A stretch of 64,000 bases of DNA from Ranitomeya imitator (lineage: Eukaryota): positions 791,182,001 to 791,246,000 of the forward strand of contig NC_091283.1 in NCBI RefSeq assembly GCF_032444005.1, written 5' to 3'. Made by a program: the position numbers and the translations under genes. The first letter of the stretch is position 1. Each line of letters begins with the position of its first letter. Positions 47,923 through 60,426 of this stretch are shown here, piece by piece. The notes under the pieces were generated by a model, which worked only from the letters and a program-made list of their open reading frames with translations, ran no database searches and was not told the DNA's origin.

Positions 47923-49871
47923 GGCCTCCTTAACACGTTCTTGGGATTCATGTATATAAAAAACCATTACAGGTGAGGTTCTTGTCCGTGTGTACATATG
48001 TGATATTTGTATGACATTCGTGTATCCATCTGTTTTCCGTGTGTCACATCCGTGTGCCATGTTTCGCACCTGGGAAAAGCAGTACAGTTCACGCTGATCC
48101 CAAGTGCCGCCTGCTGAAGGCAGCTGTCATCCCAGGGCAAGTGGGAAGAGTGAGGCTAAGCACCAGATTTTGCACATCCTATGGCTGCTCCAATTCTGGG
48201 GCGGCTGAGGTTTGATGTTGGTAGTCTTGGAGAACGCAATATCTCTGACCCCTTCACAGCCTATTAATATCAACCCACAGCTGTCTGTTTAGTCTTTGCT
48301 GGTCTGAACTTGTAGGGGGACCCTACATCATTTTTTTTCTGGGATCCCCCGTAAATTCACCAGGAAAGGCTAAGCAAACGGCTGTGAGCTGTTATTAATA
48401 TATAACAATATAAAACAAATAGTAAAAATAAAATGCCCTCAGAAAACAGCACTGTGCTTTTTTCATGCCTACAGTACTACTAATTTACTGGCCTGATCAT
48501 ATAGTAATATACGGTAGTAATGATTGTATTTGAAACCATTAGGGATGCTAAGGGTATATTTACACCGAGTTTATTTTTGTGGTGGAAAAATCATCTGCTA
48601 ATATTAAGTAATAAATTTATCAGCCAAATCAAAACCATTGAGATCCTAGAACAGCACAAAAACCGAAAGAAGAAAGATCCCTAAAATATAACTTAATGAA
48701 TCAAGTTAAAAAATGGAATCTGTTTTGTTTTTTGACCATCCGCCATCTTGTTGTGGTTTTCTGGCTGCTGGTCTTTTTCCCCTGGTGCTGGGTTGTCTTA
48801 GGTCAGGTGATTGTATCACCCTTTATTACCCAGCACCTGCCTCCCATTCCTTGCTGGACAACAGTGTTAATCCGCTTGAGTTCTGGCTAGGTGCTTTGAT
48901 AGCTTTCTGTGTTTGATATTGTGCAGCTCTGTTATCTCTGGTTCTGCTATCTTTAGTTTCTGTTTTCAGTTGGTTTCTGCAGCCATCTCCAAAATTAGAG
49001 GTAAAGCAACAAATATAAATAGATTACCATAGGGAAAAATGTATCTTAATAGTGTGTCCTATTGTGCCCTGCGGGTCCACTGTACTGACCCCTGCCTGGC
49101 AGCGGAGGTTGGTACCCTAAGTTTCAGCAGTAGGCGCCCCCACTCAACGACGGCTTGCCCTAATATCCTTACAAATCCCTATGGTAACTAGAATTGTGTC
49201 CCAATACACCCATTGCCCAAAGAAAAACAAGCAAAAAATACAAAAAATTTGGAAAAACAAAAAATAATTAAATAGAGGGGATATTTGATCCTTAATATAG
49301 AGGCTATAATAGATAATTTACCTCTAAATATCCCTATTGAAACTCAAATGTCTAAATGCAGTCTGGGCAAATAGATTGTAAAAAGATGTGCATTTGTCCT
49401 AGTACTTAATAATAAAAAGAGATGGACGGGGCTCTGCAATAAACGACCCTTTAGCTATACATTATCCATAAAAGGGCTACACAGAATCACAGTTAAAGTA
49501 GCATCTGATGTGCATAGTATGGTACAATGAACTTGCATTCTTTTGAGCTATAATGGGTAACAGTTGTAGCGGAGATAGCCATCCACATAAAGTCACCGGT
49601 CAGACTCTATAAAGATTGTACTTTTCAACATCATAATACATAGTAGTGTCAAGGACAGGGCTCCGCAAAACCACAGCTCTTTAACCATGTATTGTCCATA
49701 ATAGGGTTTCATACATAATCTTATAACGTATAGTAAATAGTTGTAATGATGTTTAATTCATATATATAGTGCAATGATCATATACTCATCTGTGCTGTAT
49801 TGCACCACCTCCAAGGCAGAGATCACCGTCCGACCTGAGCCACCAGTGAGCTTCATATAGGAATGACAGCC

Positions 49872-50391
49872 CTAACAATGCCCAATGCGTACTGTCAGTC
49901 GGACTGACTGACCTTCATTTCTTAAAGTAATGATGGCCACTTGTTTTTCTTTACTTAGCAGCTTTTCTTCTTGCCATAATACAAGTTCTAACAGTCTATT
50001 CAGTAGGACTATCAGATGTGTATCCACCAGACTTCTGCACAACACAACTGATGGTCCCAACCACATTTATAAGGCAAGAAATTCCACTTATTAAACCTGA
50101 CAGGGCACACCTGTGAAGTGAAAACCATTCCCGGTGACTACCTCTTGAAGCTTATCAAGAGAATGCCAAGAGTGTGCAAAGTAGTCATCAAAGCAAAAGG
50201 TGGCTACTTTGAAGAACCTAGAATATAAGACATAATTTCAGTTGTTTCACACTTTTTTGTTAAGTATATAATTCCACATGTGCTAATTCATAGTTTTGAT
50301 GCCTTCAGTGTGAATGTACAGTTTTCATAGTCATGAAAATACAGAAAAATCTTCAAATGAGAAGGTGTGTTCAAACTTTAGGTCTATACTG
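49872..50391. mobile_element. Duplicate of the Tc1-like fragment at 44715-45234
   Basis: Near-identical sequence. Confidence 0.65.
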
Positions 50392-50856
50392 TACATACCG
50401 ATAATTTTTTTTTACTTACATTTTTTCACGTAAAAAAATAAAATATTTTTATCTTTTTTTTAAACAATAAAAGGCCAATATTGTTTAAAAAGTAGCTGCT
50501 ATTTGCTTACTACATAGAAAATAATAGTTCCCTATTGGACACAAAAAAATATGTAAAATTCAATTTAATAGAAAAATGTAAAAATTATTTGAACGTGAAA
50601 AATGGCACTGGTCATTGCAACATGAAATGTTTCCCGAGGCAAGAAAAACCCTTTAGCTAGCATTCATCTTACAAAAGATAAGATGGCAGATAAAAAAAGT
50701 TATCTGGCATGGTAGCTAATTCCAAAGTGACTTCGAAAATTGCTGTGGTGCAACATAAGACAGGAATAAATCATACTACTCAAACTGCCGGTGAGTAATC
50801 ACATGGCATGTCTCTTTAAGAAAGGAGAGATGACGATGGGTGGACATTCCCCACCA

Positions 50857-50863
50857 TATAAAA
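50857..50863 (+). promoter_or_regulatory. TATA box of the proximal YBX3 promoter copy
   Basis: TATAAAA ~170 nt upstream of the ATG at 51030. Confidence 0.55.
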
Positions 50864-51029
50864 GACACTGAAGGGCCATTTTTAGGTCAGTAAGATCAGT
50901 GACAGAAAGAGAACAAGACCGATCGAGGAAAGAGATCCCTCGAACTACCATCTGCAATCCTCCCTGCCTCTCCTTCCCTCCTCTCCCAACACCATTTAGC
51001 AGGGAACAGAACAATAAGGATTCACAGTC

Positions 51030-51129
51030 ATGAGCGAAGGAACAGCTGAAGAACCAAAGCCCAAAACTCCAGGGACTGAACCAAGTGCGGCTGCCCCTGG
51101 TGCAGGCGAAGTGGAGAGGACAGTGCTAG
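51030..51129 (+). CDS. YBX3: Y-box binding protein 3, coding exon 1 (proximal copy)
   Basis: ATG AGC GAA (MSE) start, ends ...ERTVL+G, GTGAGT donor. Joins exon 2 as VL-A-TKV. Confidence 0.8.
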
Positions 51130-51580
51130 GTGAGTATTGTGAACTAATTCTGCAGTAGTGTGAACTCACCGCCCTACAACATGTTGATTTTCCAGAATGT
51201 GCTCTCTCTATTGTGAATTAATTACCTAATGTTCCTGTTATGGGCTATTTCTGGTCTGGATGAATCCCATCTGTTCATCTACTCCCTGATAATATTTCAC
51301 ATGTTACCAAGCATAGTCATGAATGAGACGTGAAGAAGACCTTTTTCTATATTATATCACCATCGGTCTTGTGTTACGTTATTATACAGCTTTACCATAC
51401 TTGTTAGAACATATCTGCACATTCAACCATATAATACCCTATCAATTAAAATGTACTAATATTTTAGCTGTACACATACCCACCAAACAGAAAGAGCTCT
51501 GAGCTAAAGGTATAAACATATCTTTAGATTTGGGAATACTATGGTACTATGAGTTTGAAATTACACTTTTTTTTTTCCAG

Positions 51581-51644
51581 CAACGAAAGTCCAAGGGACG
51601 GTTAAATGGTTCAATGTAAGGAATGGCTATGGATTCATAAATCG
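51581..51644 (+). CDS. YBX3: YBX3 exon 2, cold-shock domain (ATKVQGTVKWFNVRNGYGFINR)
   Basis: 64 nt with canonical AG/GT sites; RNP-1 motif KWFN..GYGFI. Confidence 0.95.
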
Positions 51645-52989
51645 GTAAGCTTTCAATCAAAACTAAAATATATTTGTCTATTTCTTAGATTAATATACAC
51701 ATTAAAGGTTTTTTGATCGCTGGGTGTTTGACCGGTGGAGACCCCTAATCTTCCTGAGGACAGGGTTCCTCCCATCTGAATAGAGTGAAGGTCAAGCATG
51801 TCCACCTCCCCTCCATTCATTATCAATGCAAGTGGCACAGAGCTATCCCTGGCTGTCCCATTACTCTTGTACACATGAGAGCATTACAGCCTCACACAAC
51901 CTGCTGTGTTACGGCGAGATCATGTCTCTTTGGTTCTACTATACCTTTGTATGACTTAGATTTCATGAGGAGGCATGCAGTGCTATGTATTCTGTCGGAT
52001 TCCCTAAATAATTGGTGACATGTTTTGGACACCACATAGAGCACCATATGATAAGACTTGGAATACCTATGGCTCGGTAGTACAGAGCTGCAGGGATTTC
52101 ATGTGCCTCTGTATAGCCACAATACACACGGCACAGTCCGAATGAAGCCTAAAACTTGGGTACAAAATGTTCACTTGACCGAATTGTTGGAGTATTTTCT
52201 GATCCATATTACAGCCACAATTCCCAGTCTGACCATTGGTCTACTGACCCAAACTAACTGTATCATAGGCATAAAATATTCAGTTGGTTCAGGCCATGAC
52301 ATCCGCATTCAAACGAGGAATTGCAGTCATAATATGGACAAAAAATGCAGTCAAACCTCTGCCGTGTGAGTCTTACCTTATCCACAAGGTAGGTCAGAGG
52401 GATATGATTGGTGCAGGTTTGACCTCCGGGACCCCATATGATCACAAGAACAAGAACTGAGGCACTAAAGTCCCCAATGTGGCATTAGAGAGCATGTGTA
52501 ACCACTACTCCATTAATTGTGTGTAATGCCTATATACTCACTTATATAGCGCCAATAATTCTACAGCGCTTTACACTTATCAGTGGAGCAGAGGTCTGAA
52601 ATGTTCACTAGTGCTTCATTCACACACTGGAATTTGCAGCCCTGGTACTCGCATTTAGCGGGCTTTCAGTGATCATACCCCCACCAATCATACTTTAGAA
52701 GTCTGGCCTATGAATAGGTGATACATATTATTTATAGGACAACCCCTTTAAAGAAAAATCAGATATCTTGGATCGCATAGGTTGCACATAAAGGAATATA
52801 ATATAAATACAAAGAAATGTTGGGCAGATGGTCTCTAATCTTTGACCATAGTTCTGAATTAGTCAAATATCCAATTAAAGTCTAACTACTCATATAATAG
52901 TTAAGCAGAATAGTTTCAAAATATTTCCTTAATGTAATGTTTGTTGCTGCTATTGTTGAGTAAAGCGGAAAGGAAATCCGGGAATATTG

Positions 52990-53157
52990 GTAAATGATTC
53001 AAAAGGTGAAGGGAAGGAATTTTTTCCCCAATGTGGAGCTTAGTGTTTTCCGCATGGGTTTTTTTTTTGCCTTCCTCTGGATCAACATGTTAAGATATGG
53101 GTTGAACTAGATGGACTTAAAGTCTTCCTTCAACCTTAAATACTATGTTACGATGTT
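52990..53157 (+). mobile_element. CR1 LINE 3' end fragment
   Basis: GGTTGAACTAGATGGAC...TTCAACC followed by a (TATGTTAC)-like tail. Left boundary approximate. Confidence 0.6.
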
Positions 53158-53169
53158 ACCTTCTGCTGA

Positions 53170-53567
53170 GTCCAATAGTAGAGAAAACACACATCCGCAC
53201 TGCTCAAAGGTCCAACTCAGTGACCGTATTATAATATCGGTCTAGCACCACAGAAAGTGATACTGGCTGTATGAATCCTTTACACCTGAATCAACGGGGT
53301 GCTGCTGCCAGGAAAAATGTGTGCAGAATCCAAATGGCAAAAAAGAAAAAGTAGGCGCGCACTTACCCTGTTGCGGTGAATATCACTTTATTAGGACATA
53401 TAAACAAACAAACATATAAACAACGGGTCCCGTTGAAGTGCCGTAGAGCACGAAACGATCGTTGTCCGTGGCTGACCCTATCCCTCCCTGCTATCCGTTT
53501 GTTTATATGTCCTAATAAAGTGATATTCACCGCAACAGGGTAAGTGCGCGCCTACTTTTTCTTTTTT
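53170..53567. mobile_element. PLE3: micro Penelope-like insertion in YBX3 intron 2
   Basis: Perfect 71-bp inverted arms (53339-53409, 53497-53567). 12-bp TSD ACCTTCTGCTGA (53158-53169, 53568-53579). Degenerate hammerhead-like motif in the spacer; AATAAA and GTAAGT in the arm. Confidence 0.7.
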
Positions 53568-53802
53568 ACCTTCTGCTGACTATGCTTATAATAACACATC
53601 TATTAGCTCAAGAAGAGTGTTTGTTGCCTCAAGAACCTGCAATTTCTTACATTCTTATCTAGGCTCTCACTGTTCATGTGGAAGGCACTGATCTGAGCTG
53701 AGCAACCTCTCTCACCATTAGGATGGTTTATCCAGAATTGCAGACACATATGGGCCCTGGGGCAAAAGAGAGAAGTGGGGTGGGAAGGTTCCATCAGATT
53801 AC

Positions 53803-54114
53803 TAATGATGAGTGAACATGCTCTGATGATAACATCTTATCAGAGCATGCTCGGGTGTTATCCGAGCATCTGTCAGTGCTCGTATATTATGTTCAAGTCC
53901 CTGCGGTTGCATGATTTGCGGCTGTTAGACAGCCTGAACATACGTGAAGATTGCCTGTTTGTTATGCAATCCCCATAAGTGTTGAGGCTGTCTAACAGCC
54001 GCACATTATGCAGCTGCAGGGACTTGAGCATAATATATGAGCGCTGCCAGATGCTTGGATAACACCCGAGCATGCTCTGATAAGAAGTTATCTGAGCACG
54101 TTCGCTCATCACTA
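53803..54114. mobile_element. hAT-type MITE (TAGTGATGAGCGA family)
   Basis: TAATGATGAGTGA ... TCGCTCATCACTA, with perfect 8-bp TSD CAGATTAC. Confidence 0.88.
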
Positions 54115-54284
54115 CAGATTACCAATATTATAAAAAGACCCATGATAGTGGGTTCCCTGTTGGAGACTTTGCATTGCGGTCCACAAGCTTCAAGTTATTC
54201 CACTGCCCATCACCTTACTATTTTATCTTTACATCTCTCAATAGAACTGTGTAATATTTTTCTAATTTGCTGTTATCTTTCTAG

Positions 54285-54318
54285 AAATGACACCAAAGAA
54301 GATGTCTTTGTCCACCAG
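54285..54318 (+). CDS. YBX3: YBX3 exon 3 (NDTKEDVFVHQ)
   Basis: 34 nt, TAG/GTGAGA sites; RNP-2 motif VFVHQ. Confidence 0.95.
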
Positions 54319-54393
54319 GTGAGATGTGAAACAATCCTTTGTAAGAGTGTGAGGGTATAACAAAGGTATTATGAAAGGTTTAAGGAAGCCGGA

Positions 54394-55155
54394 GGGTATG
54401 TTCACACGTAGGAAGGGGGCTGCGGGTTTCCCCGCAGCGGATTTGATAAATCTGCAGGGCAAACCCACTGCGGTTATCCCTGCAGATTTATCGCGGTTTG
54501 TGTTGCGGGTTCCGCTGCGGGTTTATCCTGCACTGGTTTTACTATTGATGCTGCATATGCAGCATCAATAGTAATGTTAAAAATAATAAAAATAATGATA
54601 TACTCACCCTCTGACATCCCGATCTCCTCGGCGCTGCAGGCGGCAGTCCGGTTCCAGAGATGCTATGCGAGAAGGACCTTCGTGACGTCACGGTCATGTG
54701 ACCGCGACGTCACCGCAGGTCCTGCTCGCATAGCAAACCTGAGACCGGACGGCCGCGTGCAGCGCTGGGAGGTGAGTATATCATTATCTTTTATTTTAAT
54801 TCTTTTTTTTGTTTACACAAATATGGTTCCCGGGGCCTGGAGGAGAGTCTCCTCTCCTCCACCCCGGGTACCACCCACACATTATCCGCTTACTTCCCGC
54901 ATGGTAGGCACAGCCCCATGTGGGAAGTAAGCGGATCAATGCATTCCTATGGGTGCAGAACCGCCGCGATTCTGCACAAAGAAGTGACATGCTGCGGGTT
55001 GTAAAACGCTGCGTTCCCGCGCGGTTTTTCCCGCAGCGGTTTGCGGTTTCCATAGGGTTTACATGTTACTGTAAACGCAATGGAAACTGCAGCGGACCCG
55101 CAGCTGCAAAATCGCCGCGGTTCCACGGTAAAAACAGCAAAATGTGAACATGGCC
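54394..55155. mobile_element. PIF/Harbinger-like non-autonomous element
   Basis: GGGTATGTTCACAC ... TGTGAACATGGCC ends with CCGCAGCGG palindromic cores. TSD not clean. Confidence 0.55.
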
Positions 55156-56700
55156 TAAACCTAAGCATAAGCATTTCCAGCAATCCATATTCAGGAAAGT
55201 GATCTACAACAGCCCTGTTACGGCTTGTTCAGACGACGTGTTCTGTTCCTGTTAAAATTGGATAGCACACAGACTAATATTCTGTAGGGCTGTTCAGATG
55301 ACAGCTCTTTCACACAGACCAGGTATCCGTATGAAAAAAAATTGCAGCATGAACTAGTCTCTTCCTTATTTTGGATGAGACTCGCCTATTGAAGTATATA
55401 TGGATCGTTCACATTGCATCTGTTATTTACTGACACATTGCAAATACTAACAAAGGAAACTGTATTTGGCCTTGCAATTTTTTTTAACTGGTGATATATA
55501 AAAACCTATGACATACAGATGTCATATAGGTGCAAAAAATGGGCAAACTGATGGCACATGGATGCAATATAGATGACAATATGGATGAAAATTATCAATT
55601 TGTTCTGGATGAAAATTCAACGATTTTTCATGCTCATCTGATCCTGACCTTAAAAACATATATATATTTTTTCATGACTTTGTCTTTGCCTAAATCCAAT
55701 TACACTGGTACTATATTGTTTTTTTGTATCTTTATCTACAAATCCCCGGAATGTTCTATGGTTAGAGTAATGATTGATGTGTCGCTGACTTCATCCTTTC
55801 TGGATCGGCGTTTAGTGCTGATGAGTTAAAATAGAACACCATCCGCTGCCAGGTCTGTCAAAATGTAACTTGAGAAAGTCACTAACACTGAGAGGGCAGT
55901 GAAGGGTCAATTGGAGGAATCAATGGGACAAACTTGTCTGAATAGTAGTAAACTCACCTTTGATGGCCAGAAAGACCCCAGACAATTCATCATCATCGCG
56001 AGAGACTGTGGACCAGTGGAATGACAATGCCATTTATTTGTATGACAGCGCACTTTGCTTACCTTGGTAATGAGCAGTCTGGGTGACTGGAGGGGCTCCA
56101 ACTTTCAAGTAGTGTTTCATTCCATTCGATGGCACTGAGCCTGTTATTGCTACCGTCCTATGTAGCGGCACCTGTTCCCTTCACACACTGCCTGGTGCCT
56201 AGCACAGCAAAAGCGCTGATGAGGTGAACTTCATAGTCTGAGTTTTATGATGAAGCGGGGTCATCATCTTCCCCTGTGGTGTCACTCATCTTATTTAAAA
56301 CTACTTGTCTTCACACTACATTGTTCGTGAAGATTAATTATACATATGAATAGTATGAAGAAATACAATATACAGTGGTGTTCAAGGCCGGAGTATACAA
56401 GTCAATCGTCTAACGGCATCCACCAAATAGTGGACTAGTTAAATAAGATGCTCGGAGTACACATACTCCTCTCTCCCCATTGAAAACACATGGCTGAGAC
56501 GAGTGTTTGTATGTATAGGGATATCACGGGAGATAGGTGTCGGGTGAATGGGCCTTCAGCTGACATATGGTATCTAAGGTTAATGGCACAAAAAGGAATT
56601 AAAATCAAATGTTCTATCTCCCGGCACTGCTAGCTAGATAACATAATCGAGCATGCTATGGTTATCTCCCAATTACCACAGGATTGTATGAAGTTAATAA

Positions 56701-57103
56701 AGGGAACCTGTCAGTCGAATCATGGTGCCCAAACTACGGGCAAGTATGTTTTTCTCTGAAACACTCCAGGATTTCAAAGAAAAGATAGTATGAAGAGCTG
56801 GCCGTGAATCACAGGAAAAGATTAGCCAATTTTAGCCTAGCAGCCAGACGGCTTCTCCCTGCACTGCTCTAGTTGATTGATATACCACATACTTCTTCCA
56901 TACGTGTACATCAGGAAGGACTTGTCAATCATCTAAAACAGTGTGGGGAGAAGCCAACTGAGGGCAGCACTGGGCGAGTCTTGTCTTTTCTTGTGGTTCC
57001 TGGTTGACTCATCAAACTGCTTCCTCTGAATCTCCAGTGTGTTTCCGACTCTGATTCCTGCTACCCGAGGTTTGGGGAGCATGAATCGACTGACAGGTTC
57101 CCT
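56701..57103. mobile_element. Kolobok/T2-type MITE
   Basis: TIRs AGGGAACCTGTCAGTCGA(A)TC / GAATCGACTGACAGGTTCCCT. Flanks ATAA/TTGA look like a degenerate TTAA. Confidence 0.7.
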
Positions 57104-57884
57104 TTGAAATTCATGCCCTAAATTAGATTGGCATTGGGTCTTGTCATCATCAGTGACATATAGTGAGAATCTAATAACCATTTATAGTTTTACGTATAAA
57201 CTTTGACATTGCTAGTAGAAAAATCGCCAAATCGGTCTCAAATAATCATGACCCTCCTATAATGGTTAATGGCAGCGTAAAGTGAAGGCTACTAGTCTGA
57301 GTAGTAAGCAGTTTTTGTAACGTCTCTATGTGACCACAATGGACCTGAATGGAGGTTATTATAAGGGCTGAAGCAACATTTCATGACCTTGAATACTAGG
57401 ATTTTTTTCTATTAACTCACCCATTATGTCAAATGTTTATACTCCGAGAATTGGTCTTAATTATAGTTGAGCAAAATGATTCACAGAACATTGGTCCAGT
57501 CGAGACATTGGTGTTACGTGGCTGCCAGGCCAGAGCCCTGCGAACCTCTTCTTCCCCGCTAGCATCCCCGGTGTCTCTACTGATTTAGTAGGCCTGCATG
57601 ACGTTATTTCTGCGACATTGTGGATCTTTTTGCTCAACACTAGTTTTAGGCCTCATTCACACGTCATTATTTTTGATCAATATTTCATTATTGTTTGTAT
57701 GTCAAAACCAGGAGTGGAACTTACAGAGAAAAACTATAATTAAAAGATTGAAACTTGTCCTGTGTTTTGGGGACACTCCTGACGTTGGTATACAAATACT
57801 AAAGAAATACTGATCAAAAATTCTGATGTGCTAATGACACATTTGTATACATTTTTGTAAAATGTCATGTGTTCTATTTTACAG

Positions 57885-57974
57885 ACCGCAATCAAGAAAA
57901 ATAATCCTCGCAAATACCTGCGGAGCGTAGGGGATGGAGAGGTGGTGGAGTTTGATGTTGTTGCTGGGGAAAAG
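57885..57974 (+). CDS. YBX3: YBX3 exon 4 ([30 protein letters not shown])
   Basis: 90 nt, canonical splice sites; conserved cold-shock-domain sequence. Confidence 0.95.
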
Positions 57975-58343
57975 GTAAATCACTCTGTGTGTTTGTTTTA
58001 AAAATGTGCAATATTCACAGGACATGTAACATAATCAGAGGTATAAGAAGTAGACAAAACTTTATTTTTCTAATCAAAAAGATTTTTTTCTTGATTTGTT
58101 CCGTTCAGCTGTTCAGCTGTTACAGTTTATTCCATGCAAAGATTCTTTAGGCCCTTCTTTGCTGCGCTGTTGCAGCTATGGTAGACAGGGGAACAAGTGA
58201 TTGTGTGTGATCTGACATTTATAACCTCACACAGTGGCTAAGTGATAAATCTTTATGGCCACCTAAACACCCCTTTAAGTGCTGTATTAACATGATTCAT
58301 AACTCCATTAATCTGCAGTATGTTTTCAAAACTAATTTTTTAG

Positions 58344-58466
58344 GGCGCCGAAGCAGCTAATGTAACAGGCCCAAAAGGAGCTCCTGTCCAGGGTAGTCGT
58401 TATGCTGCTGATCGCCGTAGATATCGCCGCGGTTATTATGGACGCAGAAGAGGACCTTCAAGAGAG
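58344..58466 (+). CDS. YBX3: YBX3 exon 5 ([41 protein letters not shown])
   Basis: 123 nt. [21 protein letters not shown] matches YBX3 rather than YBX1 or YBX2. Confidence 0.92.
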
Positions 58467-58818
58467 GTATAGGTGATAATAGTTGTGTTTTTGTTTTTTA
58501 TTTTATATTTTTTAATAGTGTGTGTGAATATATCCTATTTACTAGGATACACAAATGAAACCTAATTTTTTTTTCTTATAATTAACGCTTTACAATACAA
58601 ATTGTTACTATATGATGCATATGTGGGCACTGCAAATATACGCTGCACTGAAATATTGATTACGGCAATGAAGTTTAGTTGTATCCCAGTTCACTATTTC
58701 CAACGTATTGGTGGTTCAGGTAATATAGTAACGGCCAAACGACAAAACAAAAAAAAACACAAATGAAGCTATAGAGTTGTCCAATATTGTAGATATTTAC
58801 ATGCCATTCCACTCATTA

Positions 58819-59226
58819 GGCCTCCTTCACAGGTCCGTATAAAACATGTGCCTAAATAAATGGTACCGGTGTCAGCAGCGTCATCATTGTTTTTCCAGAA
58901 TGAATAAAGAAAGAATTACCGGTAAATTACAAAGTTTTCCTATACTTTGCAATGTTAAACACGGACAGAACATGGATGGCAGACGGAATGCTTACTGATG
59001 CCATCCGTGTCCTGTACTTGTTTTCACGGACTCATAGACTTGTATTTGGCTCTTGTCATCCGTGCTGACGGTAAAAAATAGACATGTCTTCGTGTGTTTT
59101 GCACGAACACATGGTCTGTTTAAAAACATTGACATGTGCATAGCACCGTAGGTTATGGGAATGTGTGATATCCGTGAAAAAAACAGATATGACAAATACT
59201 GGAAAGACAAACGTGTGAACGAGGCC
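58819..59226. mobile_element. PIF/Harbinger-type MITE
   Basis: TIRs GGCCTCCTTCACA / TGTGAACGAGGCC, with TSD TTA on both sides. Confidence 0.8.
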
Positions 59227-59761
59227 TTAATAAATTTCTGCAAGATTTTCTCTTTCATGGCTGACTGCCCACGGTATACACCTGAGCTGCCACATATACA
59301 TAATGTGAGTTAAATTAATAAACAGAACAGGTAAACTAATGGAGCTGATATAGATGTCATAGCGCTAACGTTTAAATGACTGTGAGTCGTGTCTTCTTGG
59401 AAATGAACGAGTAGATTAAAAAAATTAACCACAGCAGCTGCTGTTGTTGAAAGTCTAAATTTGTCTCAGTCTGTGTGAGAAGTAGAAACAGATGCTCCGG
59501 ATTATAAGGGAAAAAAGGAGCGTGAAAGCACAGTCAACTTCAGCAACTCAGATTACAAACACACCTGTCTGTCATGCCCACAATGACTGGTCATGTTTAA
59601 AGGGCTGGGGAAGTGCTGGATGGTCAAGCCCATCTAATACTACATCCATATTTAGAAATAATTGTGGATATGAATAATCTTTCTATATATGTACTCATGT
59701 TTGACAGCTTGTCAAGTTGGATCTTCGAAGAAATTTTGATCTTTCTAGTATCAAGGAATAT

Positions 59762-60426
59762 TGTCACGACACAGCTGTTGGGTGACCCGGGACCAGGGTC
59801 TCCTTTCCTGTCCCTAACACTAGGGGGTGCCCTAGATCACCCTGCTCCCCGGGATACTTCAGATGGCGAAGATGCCGGGGCCTTCGCCCTTGCCTTATCT
59901 CCTAAGTTAGCTCTCCATTTGTTCTCTTCCCCCACCCAGGGAAGAGGGAGCGCTACTGTGTACCACAGCACACCAACTCGACAAACAGGGCAACACAGAC
60001 AAGGGTCAACAGAAAACTCCAGATATACAAACTATTCACTCACATATAACAGAGGAATCCACTGGGGTGTGCAGGAAGGGGAAAAAAAGAAAATGGAGAA
60101 GGGTAAGGAATTACCACATGTACAAACCAAGCAACAGTCACTAATAACTCCCCCCAACTCTCCTTCTCATACCAACTCTTTTTCCACTATTAGCCATACA
60201 GCAATAAAACTAACTGTCGAGGATTAGTAACAGAGCCCAGATTATATAGGAGAAAAGAAGTGGCTAACCGAGCACAGCTGAGCACAGGGATTTCCAACTT
60301 GGAACTAACCAATGTTTTGCCAGAAGAAATAAACACATTTAATATGTGCTTCTTCTCAGCGCCGGAGTAGGAGCAATCAGACGCTGCGGTCTTATTACTC
60401 CACACTGTCGCGGTAGCCCCATGACA
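59762..60426. mobile_element. Solo LTR (665 bp) in YBX3 intron 5
   Basis: TGTCACG ... CATGACA inverted ends. 5-bp TSD AATAT (59757-59761, 60427-60431). Confidence 0.85.

Larger units (their letters stand above)
46038..51191 (+). repeat. Tandem segmental duplication, copy 2 (5154 bp including a 162-bp MITE)
   Basis: See copy 1. Unique sequence resumes after GTTGATTTT at 51191. Confidence 0.93.

Noticed and set aside
51581-58466. YBX1 or YBX2 (FRGY2) identity
   Set aside because: VQGTVKW recalls FRGY2, but the post-domain [21 protein letters not shown] and the next exon fit YBX3. A phylogeny is still needed to confirm.
59613-60227. 204-aa ORF as a gene or YBX3 exon
   Set aside because: It runs through a solo LTR, has no recognisable domain, and starts at a non-ATG codon.
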